From the NCBI GenBank assembly GCA_044222185.1, contig JBGANV010000001.1, positions 640,001-704,000 of the forward strand: a stretch of DNA of 64,000 nt, read 5' to 3'. Shown here piece by piece: positions 61,962 through 64,000 of this stretch. Both the position numbers and the translations under genes were made by a program. This stretch comes from Planctomycetota bacterium (GTDB lineage: Bacteria; Planctomycetota; GCA-002687715; CAIWVZ01). Under the pieces are notes generated by a model. The model was not told the origin of the DNA, did not search any database, and was given only the letters and a program-made list of their open reading frames with translations. Numbering within the stretch: position 1 is the stretch's first letter; each line of letters starts with the position of its first letter.

Positions 61962-63134
61962 CTACGGGGAGCGCGTCAGCCGCCGCGCCACTTCCGCGAT
62001 GACGGGCTCTTCGACCGCGAACTGGAAGCGCAGCGCGTTCGGGCAGTTGCCCGCATAGAAGATGTTGGCGGGGATCGCAGCGACGTGGATCTCGTCGAGG
62101 AGACGGAAACAGGCGTCGTGCGGGCGCATGACGCCGAAGCGTTCCGTGTAGTCCGCGAGCATGTAGTAGGCGCCCTGGGGCATCGTCACCTTGAACCCGC
62201 CGCGTGCCAGCGCCGCGGCCAGAAGCCCTCTACGGATCGCGTAGCCGTCGCGTTGCGTCGTGTAGAACGTCTCGGGCAGCTCCCGAAGCGCGGCTGCCGC
62301 GGCTGATTGGAGCGGTCGGGGTGCACAGACACACATCACGTCGAACACGGGCCCGATCGCCCGGCTGAGCGCCGGCGGCGCCGCGAGCCAGCCGAGCCGC
62401 CAGCCGGTGATCGAATAGGCCTTGCTCAGTCCAGAGATGGTGACCGTGCGATCGAAGAGCCTGGGATGTGTGGCTGGCGGAACGTGAACCCTGCCGTCGT
62501 AGACCAGGTCCTCGTAGATCTCGTCAGTGACGACGACTGCCGGCGTCGGCTCCACCATGTCCGCGAGGCGGCCGATCTCGTCCTTGGTCCACACCTTGCC
62601 GAGCGGGTTCGAGGGCGTGTTGACGACGACCATGCGCGTCCGATCGGACAGTGCCGACGCGAGCGCCTTCCAGTCGATCGCTCCCGTGTCGGCGTCGATC
62701 GAGACCGTGCGAACGACCGCGCCCGCGAGGATCGCCGTGCTGCGGTGGTAGGGGTAGAACGGCTCGAACAACAGGACTTCGTCGCCCGGGTCGAGCAGCG
62801 TCATCAGAGCCGCCGTGTAGGCCATGCTCGAACCGATGGTGACGACGATGTCGTCAACGTCGTAGTTCAGGCCGTAGCGGCGTTTCGTCCTGGTGGAGAT
62901 CTCCTCGCGCAGCGGAACGAGACCGCCGTAGGGCGTGTAGGTCTGGCGCTCGCGGAAGAGGGCTTCGACGGCGCCGAGTCGAAGCGGGCGTGGCATCTCG
63001 AGATCGCACACTCCCTGGCCCAGATTGATTCCGTCTGGGAAGGCCGCGACCTTCGTCGTGAGCGCGCGCAGGAGTCCGGCTTCACGCAGGTGAGAGGATC
63101 GTTGCGACAGCCGCGGAACTGGTGGGTTCGACAT
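61962..63134 (-). CDS. PLP-dependent class I/II aminotransferase
   Basis: INLGQG, NTPSNPLG, DEIY, SGLSKAYSITGWRLG. Confidence 0.93.
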   Translation of the reverse strand: MSNPPVPRLSQRSSHLREAGLLRALTTKVAAFPDGINLGQGVCDLEMPRPLRLGAVEALFRERQTYTPYGGLVPLREEISTRTKRRYGLNYDVDDIVVTIGSSMAYTAALMTLLDPGDEVLLFEPFYPYHRSTAILAGAVVRTVSIDADTGAIDWKALASALSDRTRMVVVNTPSNPLGKVWTKDEIGRLADMVEPTPAVVVTDEIYEDLVYDGRVHVPPATHPRLFDRTVTISGLSKAYSITGWRLGWLAAPPALSRAIGPVFDVMCVCAPRPLQSAAAAALRELPETFYTTQRDGYAIRRGLLAAALARGGFKVTMPQGAYYMLADYTERFGVMRPHDACFRLLDEIHVAAIPANIFYAGNCPNALRFQFAVEEPVIAEVARRLTRSP

Positions 63135-63181
63135 CGGAGTGGCGTGAGCATACCCGGGGACGCGACGTGGCACCGCCCGAG

Positions 63182-64000
63182 TCAGCTGGACGCGTTCGCG
63201 GCGGTCGCCGCCTGCCCTGCGGCGGCTCCGCCGTCTGCGAAGCGGATCGTCGCCCGCACTTCGACGACATCCGCGCCGATGCGCTCGAAATCGAGGGCGT
63301 AGCTGCCGCTCAGCAGCTCACGGGTGACCCGCGCCGCAAGCCAGGTCCCGATGCCGCGCAGTCCGCGCTGATCCACCGTTTCGACGAGCTGGAGGAACAT
63401 GGTGTCGGTCTGTCCGCCGGTCACGCGAGCCGCGATACGTCGGGCCTCGTCCAGGTTCCGGAGCGACGCGTCGTCCCCATGGGTCTGGTTTCGGACGACG
63501 ATCTCGAACGTTCGCGATGTGGGGTCCCAGTCCGCGGTGACTCGCTGGAATCCGATGCCGTAGCGGACGGAGTTCGAGATCGCGCATGAGAGCACGGCGT
63601 TCAACGCAGTCTGGTCCGTGGCGGCGATGAGCGCGCCGGCCGCTCGCGGCGAGACGTCGATGGTGGGAGGGTCGACTTCGCCCGTGAGAAGCATCGCGCG
63701 GCGGACGGCCGTGTGCAGGACTCCGGCGAACGGTTCCTGACAGGCGCCCGCGGGGCTCGGCCGGGAGACATGGCGCGAGAACTGGTGGAGGATCCACAGC
63801 TGCTCGTAGAAGACCTCGATCAGCTCGCGGAGCTCGCCGTTTCCGGTCGTTGCTGCCGCCTGGCGGCAATCCTCCACGACCTTGATGAGCTGGTGGATCG
63901 GACCGACGCCGGCGGAGGCCCAGGCGATGAGGACCGCGCGCTGGGCAGCGCGCTCGATGGAGACGCTGGCGGCAGCGAGTGTCCGCGCGAGGGCGTCGAG
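63182..64000 (-). CDS. Sensor histidine kinase-like protein (HATPase-like C-terminus), 5' end outside the window
   Basis: Frame open to base 64000; IHQL (H-box-like), AISNSVRYG (N-box-like), RGIGTWLA (G-box-like). Confidence 0.55.
   Translation of the reverse strand, partial: LDALARTLAAASVSIERAAQRAVLIAWASAGVGPIHQLIKVVEDCRQAAATTGNGELRELIEVFYEQLWILHQFSRHVSRPSPAGACQEPFAGVLHTAVRRAMLLTGEVDPPTIDVSPRAAGALIAATDQTALNAVLSCAISNSVRYGIGFQRVTADWDPTSRTFEIVVRNQTHGDDASLRNLDEARRIAARVTGGQTDTMFLQLVETVDQRGLRGIGTWLAARVTRELLSGSYALDFERIGADVVEVRATIRFADGGAAAGQAATAANASS

Overview
High-GC bacterial chromosome segment, most plausibly an uncultured Planctomycetota lineage (inferred from the PVC-type L28 insert, the ECF sigma/Ser-Thr kinase-FGE module and the PVC-type ABC cluster). 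The flanks carry housekeeping and metabolic genes: mrfA/mrfB-like helicase-exonuclease, ferredoxin, sugar ABC transporter, flippase plus two GT4s, rsfS, ECF sigma, pnuC/nadR-like, MCP, queuosine-precursor transporter, ALDH, rpmB, leuS and an aminotransferase. In the centre a tRNA-Ile2(CAU) is abutted by a tyrosine integrase with a nonsense codon, followed by a block of exported proteins. Main observations: (1) two ORFs at 4366-5394 form one exported thioredoxin-fold selenoprotein (in-frame UGA in a UxxC motif, SECIS-like hairpin directly downstream). (2) Eight unrelated exported proteins (PKD protein, amidase, gingipain-like C25 protease, SBBP/IPT giant, HExxH protease, beta-helix protein and two unknowns) carry a similar ~120-aa Pro/Gly-rich beta domain, terminal in seven, which may be a lineage-specific sorting domain analogous to the T9SS CTD; most exported proteins also appear to begin with Gln after the signal peptide. 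(3) A divergent module [kinase-FGE <- cargo | cargo -> ECF sigma] has two back-to-back CGTCAC-N15-CACAC elements, a candidate autoregulated ECF promoter pair. All calls are by eye; no searches were run.
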